The notes under the pieces are model-generated. The model was not told where the DNA came from and did not search any database. It saw only the letters and a program-made list of their open reading frames with translations. A DNA stretch of 63,968 nucleotides, counting the filler, from Octopus bimaculoides (taxonomy: Eukaryota): assembly GCF_001194135.2 (NCBI RefSeq). It is 5 parts of 5 records of this genome, joined end to end, with 100 filler letters (N's around TTAATTAATTAA, not from the genome) between each part and the next. Parts side by side here need not be neighbours in the genome. Positions count along the whole stretch, not along the records: positions 39,397 to 58,334 come from NC_068994.1; positions 58,435 to 62,761 come from NW_026387519.1; positions 62,862 to 63,968 come from NW_026349858.1; 2 more parts are not named here. One strand, 5' to 3'. Positions 52,975 to 63,968 of the stretch are shown one piece after another. The first letter of the stretch is position 1. Each line of letters starts with the position of its first letter. A program made the position numbers and the translations under genes.

Positions 52975-53100
52975 ATATGGGGAAAATAGTACTCGAATAC
53001 CAAGAGCAGAGTAATACGCTTTATTATAAAAGCTGCAAAATAACCACAGAACTGTTACTCAGAGTTTTACGTTCCTGTTCGTAGAACAGTTAATCCTTGT
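52975..53100 (-). mobile_element. Penelope-type pLTR fragment with degenerate hammerhead (homologue of 25385-25502)
   Basis: Perfect stem I AACTGT/ACAGTT and stem III ACTCTGAGT+A, but the core is altered (TCTACGA, AAAA). Confidence 0.7.
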
Positions 53101-53104
53101 GACA

Positions 53105-53330
53105 TTTGCAGCTTCCAAGAGTTCTCGTCGACAGTGACTACTTCTCAGATGGTTTGATACTGGTCGCTTTCATGTCACGCTACAATACACACAAACACAT
53201 CCTCTCGATCCTCATCGGATTCTTGTTACCACAGAGCAGCAGGTCTTCTGGAATACGACCATCAATCACCCTTATGATAGGCATCGCATCGCCGTTAGCG
53301 CCGGAAAATGTGAACATGGGGAGAAGCCAT
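53105..53330 (-). mobile_element. Old RTE-clade LINE C-terminal remnant
   Basis: One frame reads IRVIDGRIPEDLLLCG...C..*RDMKA, resembling RTE RM.DGRIPKDLLYG...VCKRDMKA. Confidence 0.5.
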
Positions 53331-54855
53331 GTCAGGATAACTAGGAGCTTGTCTTACTGATGAGGTCAGATTAAAATGAAAACCTGCTTAGATTTCGACT
53401 AGCTAAGATGATGGATCTCTGCAATATTAGCTCGTGTTTTTTTTTATGTCCAAGACCTCTTCATTATCTAGCGTGTCCTATTGTTTTTAAGAGATCTGAG
53501 AGCGATTTGGTTTCTGTTTCTAACAGGTCGAACGGGCGCATAGAAACCCCCCCATCCGTTGGTTTATTGTGTTTTGTGTGTGTGGTTCTAAGCAGGTAAA
53601 AGTTGTCTCTCCTTGACAAACATGGAGCATGTACTTAGAAAAGCATAAAACAAAACAGAGACACTTAGACATCACCCATATATGTTTAGAAACATAATGA
53701 ATTGTTTTCCTCTCTACAAATGGGTGTCATTTTAATTAATTAAAATTTATTGACTCACTTTTAAGTATACAAGCGTCCACTTTACGAGAGAAAAAAACAA
53801 CAAAAAGGCTGAAGGAAAGAGACATAAAAGAAGAACAGAAATGGCGGAAAAGAAGAAAAGAGGCAAGAAAGAAACGAAAGGAAGAAGGAAAGAGAGACAA
53901 AAAAAAAAGAAAGAAATCGGGGTGGGGAGAAAATGTGAGACGCATGACACAGGTGACACTTGATCGATACAAAAAGAGTAATCAGTCAGCTTTTACGAGT
54001 TTGATCTCCCAACCCTTTATTGATTTTATTTTTCCAATATATATTCCAATTCCTTAAGAGCTACGATTAAACGGAGAATAGTCTATGTCGGACACTTGGC
54101 TGCTAATCCTTGCGGTTCAAGAAAGGCGCAAAGAACGTTACCTAGTTCGCAGGGCGCGCGCGCGCGCGTGTAATGGGGGCGTTGTGATCATGCCAGGCAT
54201 GACTATCACGTTTTTTAAGTGCATTTAAGACTACATTATGTAAATAGGTATTTTGGTTTTTTTTCTTCTTTTTTTTTTGAGACGGTGGGGGTTTCGATTC
54301 AAGGGAGATTTAGCTGCTACTTCTACAAGTTCCAGAGACTACGAAGTACCCTCGTCCAGAGAAACGAGGTAGATCTAACTGGCTTGTCAGCTATACCGAC
54401 AATGATCCCTAATATTTTCACTGGTACTTTATCTTACGAACAACAGCAGGATGACAAAGTTAACCGCAAGGGGGATCAAACAGAACGAAATGTGTCGTAA
54501 CTGAAGCACCACAAGGCACGCCGTACCGAAAGCTCTAACGAATCATCCAAACCAAGTCTAAGGTCAGTGGCTCTCAACCGGGGCCCCACGTAAGATTTTC
54601 TTGTGAAAATTTACGTGCAATAAAATTGCTTACACTTGGTATGCGGAAACAGAGAGAAAGCCCGCCGTGTGGCGTGTGTGCGTATATGCCACGTAACGTA
54701 AAAGCACCCAGCAGACTCTCTGTAAAGTAGACGGCGTTCGGAAGGATGTCCAGCCATAGAAATCAAGCCAAACCTGGCTGGAGTCTGGTGCTGCTCTAAT
54801 CAAACCGCTCAACCCATGCAAGCATGGACAGCGGACGTTAAATGAAGGCTATGAT

Positions 54856-54895
<40 letters not shown>

Positions 54896-54900
<5 letters not shown>

Positions 54901-55010
54901 AGGCGCAATGGCCCAGTGGTTAGGGTAGCGGACTCGCGGTCATAGGATCGTGGTTTCGATTCCCACACCGGGCGTTGTGAGTGTTTATTGAGCGAAAACA
55001 CCTAAAGCTT
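54896..55010 (+). mobile_element. SINE family B head fragment
   Basis: Near-identical to 21164-21275. Confidence 0.88.
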
Positions 55011-55519
55011 TACTCTCAGCAAAATCAAAAACCGAGGGTGTATCCGCCTATTTTGAAAAAATAACGAGACACGATACTTGTTTTAACTGAATACACTCAA
55101 GAGTGAGCAAGATGCGAGTGTTTTTAGTTTTACTGACCAGGTGAAGAGTACAAGGTGAATATCACTGCGTCGTTTCATCGTTCGTTTTAATGTCCACTTA
55201 ACCAAACTTGCAATGGGTCAGACGTAATCTGGTTGAGGCAAATTTTCTATGGCTTGGTGCTCTTCATGTCGCCAACTCTTAGCTGTTCCCAAACAAGGTT
55301 ATATTCCCCAGTGGTCGGACGTAACTTCAAGAAAGATACTAAATGCTCACTGCTTGTATAACGGTGAGACTCGTTTACATTACAAATGCCGTGCAATGCC
55401 TTGAGTATATACATAGACACACGACGAGCTTCTTTCAGGTTCTAGCTACCAAATCTTAGAAATACCTGCCTGAGTCTATAGTGAAAGATACTTGCCCAAA
55501 GTACCATGCAGTGGAGTAA

Positions 55520-55835
55520 ATAGTAAAGACACACTTCGGTCATGAATGACCATAGGATTGCACCTAGAAAGCTCGTCTCCAAGGAACAAGTCCGATCAAG
55601 GTTGTTTATGGATGACCAGCAGTCGCCCATGCATACCAGCCTCTCCTCTCCATGCCAATCCATGTTGTGCAAGGGAAAGGCAAAGACCGATACAAATTGG
55701 CACCGGTGACGTCGCAACTCATTACTACAGCTAAGTGAACTGGAGCAACGTGAAATAAAGTGTCTTGCTCAAGAACACAACACAGCCCGAACCGAGAATT
55801 GAACTCACTACCTCATAATTGTGAGCCCAACGCTC
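55520..55835 (-). mobile_element. SINE with family D head and a different body/tail
   Basis: Head/core matches 50120-50241; the downstream part is unrelated to 49924-50110. Confidence 0.7.
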
Positions 55836-55924
55836 ATGCAGTGTGATTGAGCCCCAAACCGTAAGGTTGAGAAGCGAACTTCTTTACTACACAACCATGT
55901 TAAACGAACCGAAGGTGTGTTGTA

Positions 55925-56240
55925 TATTACTGAGCAGGAAGTGGTGTCACTCGTTTTGCTGAGCAGGGCAAGAGTATATAGAATGAGTGTAAAATGTGAC
56001 CGTGTATTTAACTGAGCAAAGTTAAGAGGGTGTTTGAGCAAGCGAGATGTGATACCGAACAGGCCATGGGTGTATAGTATGAGTGTAAGATATGACCGCT
56101 TAATTAGGGTATTTGAGAGAGCGAGATCTGATATTGAGCAGGTCAATAGTATGAGTGTAAGATATGACCGCTCATTTAACTGAGCAACTTCAAAAGAGTA
56201 TGCTGCAGGCGAGCGTGTTGTGGTATTGCTTGTTTTACTG
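55925..56240. repeat. Degenerate minisatellite (TATAGTATGAGTGTAAGATATGACCGC recurring x3)
   Basis: Direct. Confidence 0.75.
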
Positions 56241-56830
56241 AGCGAGTCAAGGAGTTGAAAGCTTCGTTTTACTCGGCGGATCATGTTTGGGATGAGTAAG
56301 CGAGATAATGATTGTTCTGCTGAGCAAATTCAAGCAACTTTATACTACAGTTAAGACATTCGCTCGTACAACAAACACAGAATACGTGAATGTATTTATA
56401 CTGGTAAGTTAACAATGTGATTGATATAACGTTAGTAGTGTGGGTAGTCGGGGTAGAAGGATACAAAACAACCCCAGAAAAAAAAAGGTTTGTTGAGTAC
56501 AATTGACTCAACTTGCCTCTCAACATAACTTGCATAAAAGTGTGTATAGTTAGTCAACGCTTAGACGCATACATATACATACACGTCGATTGTGAGTATA
56601 TACGCGTTTTGTATGGTGCATATGTGGGTGCGTGGGTACATAAATACACACACGAACGCATCTATGTATATGTGTGTATAAACCAAAAGGTTTGTTTGAC
56701 TTATCCAGTGAAAAGAGAAGAAAAGCAGGGAATAAAGTAGCCTTTAGCTGTTTGTGCAAAGAAACGCACACAAACAGAAAGTGTATGTCAGTAAGACGGT
56801 CTATAGAAGAAAAGAAAGAATGAATGAATG

Positions 56831-56894
<64 letters not shown>

Positions 56895-57293
56895 GTGTGT
56901 GTGTATGTATGTATGTATGTATGTGTGAGGGAGTGTGAAAGAGAGATGGGTTTTAAAAAGCCGATGGCTGTGGTTTCAACACAAGCAAACAAGTCGTGTA
57001 CAGACGGTGAAATAAACTTGATCTTCTAGTGAAACTCTGGAGATAAGACTGGAACGGAATGTAGAGTGTGGTGGCAGAGGTGATGGTGTGTGTGTGTATA
57101 TATATATATATATACTGATGCTTTGTATAAAGGGCAGCAGAGTTTTATACACACACACATACATTATATTGCAGGAAGATATGGAAGAAGGAAGAGATAG
57201 AAAGAGGTCTTATTATTAGAGATACGAGCTGTCAAGGTAGACATAGAAAGGGAGAGAGAGTATGTGTTTGTATGTTATTTTATGGTGTGTGAA

Positions 57294-57330
<37 letters not shown>

Positions 57331-57477
57331 TATACTGTAGGGAAATCAAGGTAGAGATATACAGGGTGAAGACAAAGCAGGCATATATGGAGAGACCAGA
57401 AAGAGGTAATGAGTGAAGATGCAAAGACGTCAACGCAAAGTACTTGAAGGGGTAGAGAACGATGATTATAGCTAACT

Positions 57478-57523
<46 letters not shown>

Positions 57524-58434
57524 GTGTGTGTGTGTTTGTTTGTGCGCGTGTGTGACGTATTTCTCTGCGCAGAAAAGAGAGAGAGAAAAAAGTTTTTTTT
57601 ATTTTCGGTTTGAAAGACAGTAATGTATGTCAGAAAGAGAAAGAATGTCATGTATGTGTGTGCGTGCATGCGTGTGTGTATATACATATATANNNNNNNN
57701 NNNNNNNNNNNNNNNNNNNNNNNNNNNNNNNNNNNNNNNNNNNNNNNNNNNNNNNNNNNNNNNNNNNNNNNNNNNNNNNNNNNNNNNNNNNNNNNNNNNN
57801 NNNNNNNNNNNNNNNNNNNNNNNNNNNNNNNNNNNNNNNNNNNNNNNNNNNNNNNNNNNNNNNNNNNNNNNNNNNNNNNNNNNNNNNNNNNNNNNNNNNN
57901 NNNNNNNNNNNNNNNNNNNNNNNNNNNNNNNNNNNNNATATATATATATATATATATATATACATACACACACGCATATGTATATATTACACGTGTCTAT
58001 ATGTGTACATAGCCACACACACTACATATGTATGCATGTGTGTGTGTATGTATATATATATATATGTGTGTATACACATACACACACGTTAAAAGCCGAG
58101 GTATCTAAAACTGACCATGCAATATATACTCGTTCTAATAGTGGTGATGGCTGTAGTAGTAGTAGTAGTAGTAGCAGCAGCAGCAGCAGTAGTACCTGAT
58201 GACTGGTCATATTTGAGACGCGGGTGCAGGTGCTTGCTGTTTAGCCCCTGGCCAGGACTGTATAATGATCAAAGACGTCCCAGCATAAGATCCCGTCTCT
58301 GTTTCACACATACACGTACGCGTATGTATATATANNNNNNNNNNNNNNNNNNNNNNNNNNNNNNNNNNNNNNNNNNNNTTAATTAATTAANNNNNNNNNN
58401 NNNNNNNNNNNNNNNNNNNNNNNNNNNNNNNNNN

Positions 58435-58472
<38 letters not shown>

Positions 58473-58549
58473 CATCAAGGTCACTGCCTGGAATCGAACT
58501 TGGGGTTAGTAGCCTGCGCTCTTAACCACTACGCCATATACCCACGGGC
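58435..58549 (-). mobile_element. Second copy of the tRNA-headed element (head plus (AAT)n; remainder in gap)
   Basis: Reverse complement matches 35286-35370. Confidence 0.85.
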
Positions 58550-59531
58550 ATAAATATAGAACTGTATTACATTTTTACATTTGATCTAGCGAAGAAGGCG
58601 ACACGACGGAATTGTCGAATTATGCTATTTCTATAACCCACCACCAACAAAACTTCTACGCATACTCTTTTGATGCAATGTGTTAGTCAAGAAGATCGGC
58701 AGTGCTCATGACCCATTATAGAGCCTTCGAGACTGATGGCAGAGAAGCAGGAAGATATTTTCAAACTAGAGCCCTAGCTTAAGTGCTTGCAAATTAGCGG
58801 ACTCCACTAAAAACACCCAAAGTGCCAGCTAGCAGTGTTAAACTAGCTGACGGATTAAAACTAACACCTAAATAGGCCGTGGCGAGATTTAAACTCAAAA
58901 CACAAAAAGCTGGAACAAATACCCCAGAGTATGTGGTTTAATGTTTTTATATTCTCGCCATTCCACTTTTGCTTCTTTGATTGGTATTTTTATCGCCCCT
59001 AAAAGCATAAAATACAATGGTGACATTGACGGAATTTGAACAAATACTGCAAGACATTCTATCCAAACCACTCTACAAATGATTCTGCTAACAAAGTTTC
59101 CTTGATGATATGTTTATCTGTGTCACTTTGATGACAACAATGTTCCAACATTTTGAAAATAGTACTTTGTTATAAAGATCGTTTCTTGAGGTATTAGAAT
59201 CATAAGCCTTATTAGATTTGACTGCAGTATAATTTGAGCTCAAAAACGATTAGTACGAAGATATATGCTGTAATATATTTAGTCTGGTGCTCAATGATTT
59301 TTCCAATTATAACATCTCTTTATGACTCCATTACTTCAGCTTTGCATATGGCAGCCGACATGACTGCAGTTTTACATATGGCAGACATTTCAACGCAATT
59401 GTTAAAGCCTAGCATTTTATTTAGTTTATCTAATTTTTGTTATTTCTTTTTATTTTTTACCTTTTGCTCATAATAGATATTCAACACTAAATCGATTCAT
59501 CTTCTCATAACCGATAAGAGTGTGTGTGTAT

Positions 59532-59581
<50 letters not shown>

Positions 59582-59904
59582 GTACATGTGTGAATGTATG
59601 TGTGTATAGATATATATGTAAGTATGCACGTGTGTGTACACGTTCATAGATATACATTCGTGATTATCCGTGTATATGCATAAATATGTGTGTAGATAGA
59701 TATTTATGTTTGTATATATGTGTGCATAGATATATGTACGTATGTATGTGTGCATAGACATAGGTTTGTGAAAGTGTGTTCATAGACATATGCATAGATA
59801 TATGTGTGCGTATCCATTGATATATGTATATGTGTGTGCATATATATAGAGAGTGATAGACAGGCAGACAGACAGACAGACAGACACATACATACATACA
59901 TACA

Positions 59905-59935
<31 letters not shown>

Positions 59936-60420
59936 GTGTGCACATCAATATATTTAAGACCGTGTATACTTTTGTTGCAATATTTTAGTTTAGCGATGAA
60001 CCAGCAGGCTGTGTGCTTATGCATCAGTTTAAATATGAGTTTAAATGCATCAGTGTTATATGCAGTAAATGTATGTGTATTTATTTGCGTAATGAAATAC
60101 CAAGCTAATAAGGCAACTCGAAGAGGAAGCCAAAAGAGATACAATATCTGAATGCTATTTTATGTACAGCTCTCCTTAAATACGCCATCGTTTGAAAGCA
60201 ATTTATCATGAGTGCCGCAGTAAATCTGCTTACTGCTGGATCAAGAAAGAGAAAAATTGGATCATAAAGGGAATTTTCCTCATAAGATCCAATCAAATAA
60301 GAAAAGCCCTTAAGGAAGCACGTCTTGTCACTAAATTCTTACATTTATTGATAAATATGTGTAACAATCTTAAGGTTGTTTGTCCATACATACACATAGA
60401 CATACACACATACATATCTA

Positions 60421-60484
<64 letters not shown>

Positions 60485-60591
60485 TGTGTTGATACATAAT
60501 TCTGGATAGTTCACACACCCGGCAAATATTTTTGATTTTTTTTTCGTCATCGTCGAAACAACAATCGCTGGTAAGAAATAATAATAACAAT

Positions 60592-60624
<33 letters not shown>

Positions 60625-60838
60625 CCTTTGTAGTGAAGGCACAAGGCCCGAAATTTTGGGGGAGGGGACTAGTTGATTACATCGACCCCAGTGTTTCACT
60701 GGTACTAAATTTATCGACCCCGAATGAGTGAAAGGCAAAGTCAACCTCAGCGGAATTTGAACTCAGAACGTAACGACAGACGAAATATCACTAAGTATTT
60801 CGCCGACATGCTAACGATTCTGCTAGCTCGCCGCCTTA
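60625..60838 (-). mobile_element. SINE family C, near full length
   Basis: Shared family C motifs. Confidence 0.9.
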
Positions 60839-62359
60839 ATATTAACATCAACAACACGTGACAAATAGGTCAGATAGTTTTAAAGTTCTGAAGTTTGTCC
60901 AACCACGAAGCGAAGAAAGAATATTAAAGAAAACTCTAATTTATCTTCTCGTAAATAAAAGAAGGGGAGCAAAAAAAAACTGTAATATTTTGGTGGAAGG
61001 TGGATGACATTTGTCAATTTGAAAATCACTAAACTAGATTAATATTGATCAAGAAACATTTATCTCAATCACGAACTTGATATAATCGATAACGAAACCA
61101 ACAAAAAAGAGGCCATTCTCCATTTGATAAAAAACTATTTTTTTTACAAAAATTGAATCTACAATGAAGATTTAGTTATTGAAGAATTTGATTATACAAT
61201 TAAAAATAAGATTAAAATAGACCGGAATCTGAACTGCGAACGTCTTTAATTCATTGAAATGTTAAGATTAATTTCAATACATTTTCACCCGGTTACTTGT
61301 AAATGTGAAGTGCTCAATACTGTTATTTAAACTCGTCATGAAAACGGAAGCTTCCAGAGTTACTTTATTCATATAAAATTCAATAGATGGTCATAAATTT
61401 TATGCTGCATTTCGTCATTTTGCTTCGGAAAATCTGGAAAGAATATGCGATTAACAGATATTGACTGTATTTGAGAAATGCAGTTAACTGGTACATTTTA
61501 CATAGATTTGATACTCTCCTGACATAATTATTTGAAGTGAGGACAAATGTCTTTCACATATTCAACATGATTTGTTGTTTTATAGTCGTGAATGTTATCA
61601 GCATTCATCTCGTTGTTCGTGTTCATGCTGCTTTCTTGGTCGTCTGCATATTGCTATCTTGCTCGTCATCTGCAGATTGACATCTCATCAGTCAACTATA
61701 TTAAGTCAAACGTTCAACTATTCTGCGAAACTAATTTCCACAACAGAAAACTCAATTTAAAATTTTTTTTCTCTACCAAACACGTGATTGTTCTATTTTC
61801 TATGTCTAGATTGTTCTATTTTCATTTGGTGGAAGATTTGTTACAGACATTCCACATATTTTCTACATGTATGTCTTTAATTTAATTATTTGAACTTTCC
61901 CATAGAGAAGGGGGTGGTTTCCAAAAAATAAAGACCCATCATTAGAATTTATATAATAATAATATATAAATTATTATTATATAATCTACTCCGACTGCAG
62001 ATTGAATTTACAGAATACGAGTCAGATTACCTTCTTTTTTGACCATTAATTAACGATTTTTTTCTTGATAAAATATAAACTGTAGCGCGTAGATTCAGAG
62101 TAAGAAGTATAATATTGGACGTTTCGGACATTTGTCCCGCCTCTGAAACAAATATCATAAAAGCTAATACAATAATTTCAGAAAGGTTAATGATGTTATA
62201 CAGATAAAGAAGTCAAAGGGAAATGTAGAGTGGTTGGTGTGCAGAGAGAGAATAGCAAAGAACACAAGGAGTGGTCTGGTGGGTGCCTGTATAGCGTTGA
62301 GGGGAAAAGATGTTGGGAGATATATATGTTTATGTATATATATTATGTATATATAGTTA

Positions 62360-62720
62360 TGTTGCTTACCAACCACATGCTTCCGGGTTCAGTCCACTGC
62401 GTGGCAACTTGGGCAAGTATCTTCAACTGTAGCGTCGGGCCAACCAAAGCCCTGTGAGTGGATTTAGTAGACGGAAACTGAAAGAAGCCCGTCATATATA
62501 TATGTGTGTGTGTGTAAGTGTGTTTGTGCTTGTCGCCCACCATCACTTGACAACCGCTGTTGGTGTGTTTACGTCCCCGTAAACTCGCGGTTCGCAAAAA
62601 AACCCAAGAGGATAAGTATTAGGCTTACAAATAAATAAGTCATGGGGTCGATTTGTTCGACTAAAGGCGGTGCTGTAGCATGGTCACAGTCAAGTAAAGG
62701 AAACAAGTAAAAGAATAAAA
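62360..62720 (+). mobile_element. SINE family A
   Basis: Head to tail similarity. Confidence 0.9.
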
Positions 62721-63440
62721 GAGAATATCTTTATATGTATGTATGTATGTATGTATGTATGNNNNNNNNNNNNNNNNNNNNNNNNNNNNNNNNNNNNNNN
62801 NNNNNTTAATTAATTAANNNNNNNNNNNNNNNNNNNNNNNNNNNNNNNNNNNNNNNNNNNNTGTTTTATCAGAAGGATGTCCTTGGAAACACTCGAAGAC
62901 ACTTTTTGTGGAGTGGTTGTGATAGTCCTTGAATCTAGCGTGAAAATATCCTTGAAAATCCTTGAATTTTCTTTTTAAAAACCTGCAGGAACCCCGTTAA
63001 TTGTTTTTGATATTTGACAAAAGGGCTATTATTCTACATTTTGCTTTACATTTCAGCATATATCTTATCCTTTGCTTATAGTCTATTGAAAATGACTGCA
63101 TTTTAAAATTCTGATTTGCAGTCATTGGACTGAAAATGGCCCTGGGCTGGGCACATGATGATATTAATATTCACTTTGAGTACTGTTTTAGCCAGACTGT
63201 GGGGTGGGGGCAATGGTTGTACTAGCTTTGGTAGGTTCTGTTATAAAACAGTAGTAAACATTTATTCACGTGAAGCTTTCAGTTTGTATCTGTTTTCAAT
63301 TGTAGAGTTAGTCAAATCCATGTAATTTATGCTAGTAGATTTTTTACCTTTGTGAATAGTACATAAGTAAATGGATGTGAGAGCATTTGTTATTTTCACA
63401 TTACGAACTACTTTTAAGTAACATAATTAATTAATTTCAG

Positions 63441-63570
63441 GAGCTGCTCACAAGACTGTGAAAAAATACAACAGAAGCAGAGGCTGAGTTGGTGACTGGA
63501 GAATGGCTTCAGATCGCCAGTGACAGAAAAATGGTGGACGAAGGAGAAGAGAAAAAACGTTTGGACAAGT
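63441..63570 (+). pseudogene. Possible decayed exon resembling the C-terminus of DUF4806/BEN-like transposon-associated proteins
   Basis: Follows ...aatttcAG; frameshifted reading AHKTVKK/NTTEAEAELVTGEWLQIASDR/NGGRRRR resembles the recalled 'E.E..IG.WL..A.DR.GGR' tail. Confidence 0.35.
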
Positions 63571-63968
63571 CTGCCAAAGATAATTGTGTTTGCACAAATT
63601 GAAAATTAAGGTCACCCATTTAAGGGTTACCTCAATTTTGTACGGTAATCCCTTTTAGTGATGCACTGGTAACAAACAGCTGAATAGCTTTCCATACATG
63701 GTTTTGTCTTCCATTCATATTACTCATTCACCAGGTTAGCAAATAATATTCCTATCTGTGGTTTCCAAAACAATTTGATGTATCTCTTGCATTTAATGTA
63801 TTTTTCCTATTTCTGCAAATCTCCCAAATTTCAAGTCATAAAATCAAACCTTAAAATGAATACTGTTACTCCTTATTTACTGGTCTTTATGTGCAGATAT
63901 GAATGATTGTTAAACTTTGTCACAATTAGCCAAAGCTGTATAAGTGACCTTAACACCAATTAAATAAA

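Noticed and set aside
61050-61510. Stop-poor AT-rich plus-strand frame (IYLNHELDIIDNETNKKEAIL...)
   Set aside because: Five stops in ~150 codons and no recognisable motif; not clearly beyond chance across six frames.
30482-62861. TTAATTAATTAA centred in N runs at 30526, 39341, 58379 and 62806
   Set aside because: Each is exactly 44 N + 12 nt + 44 N = 100 bp and encodes stops in all six frames: an assembly gap spacer, not biology.

Overview
Gene-poor, AT-rich eukaryotic scaffold segment with about 5.5 kb of N gaps. Dense micro/minisatellites and tRNA-derived SINE families point to a coleoid cephalopod, probably Octopus (inferred, not verified). No intact host gene is recognisable, and almost all supplied ORFs are microsatellite or gap artefacts. 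Supportable content: (i) dozens of SINE copies from at least 5 modular families; (ii) dead transposon remnants (Tigger/pogo, mariner, two RTE-type LINE fragments, a Penelope-like RT-linker/GIY-YIG element split by a SINE); (iii) intact MITEs with TIRs and 8-bp TSDs; (iv) several type I hammerhead-ribozyme motifs of four unrelated sequence types. The hammerheads are the best 'second look' signal. One forms the 3' part of a tRNA-headed (Pol III) SINE-like element whose second copy has the tail motif upstream of the head, one carries a long rod-like insertion in stem II, and one occurs as an inverted pair. Also notable are a ~0.9 kb tandem array rich in kB/STAT/HSE-like motifs, a tRNA-like fold inside an extended hairpin, and a ~1.6 kb decayed coding-like segment of unknown origin. 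All folds and translations were done by eye and no database search was run.
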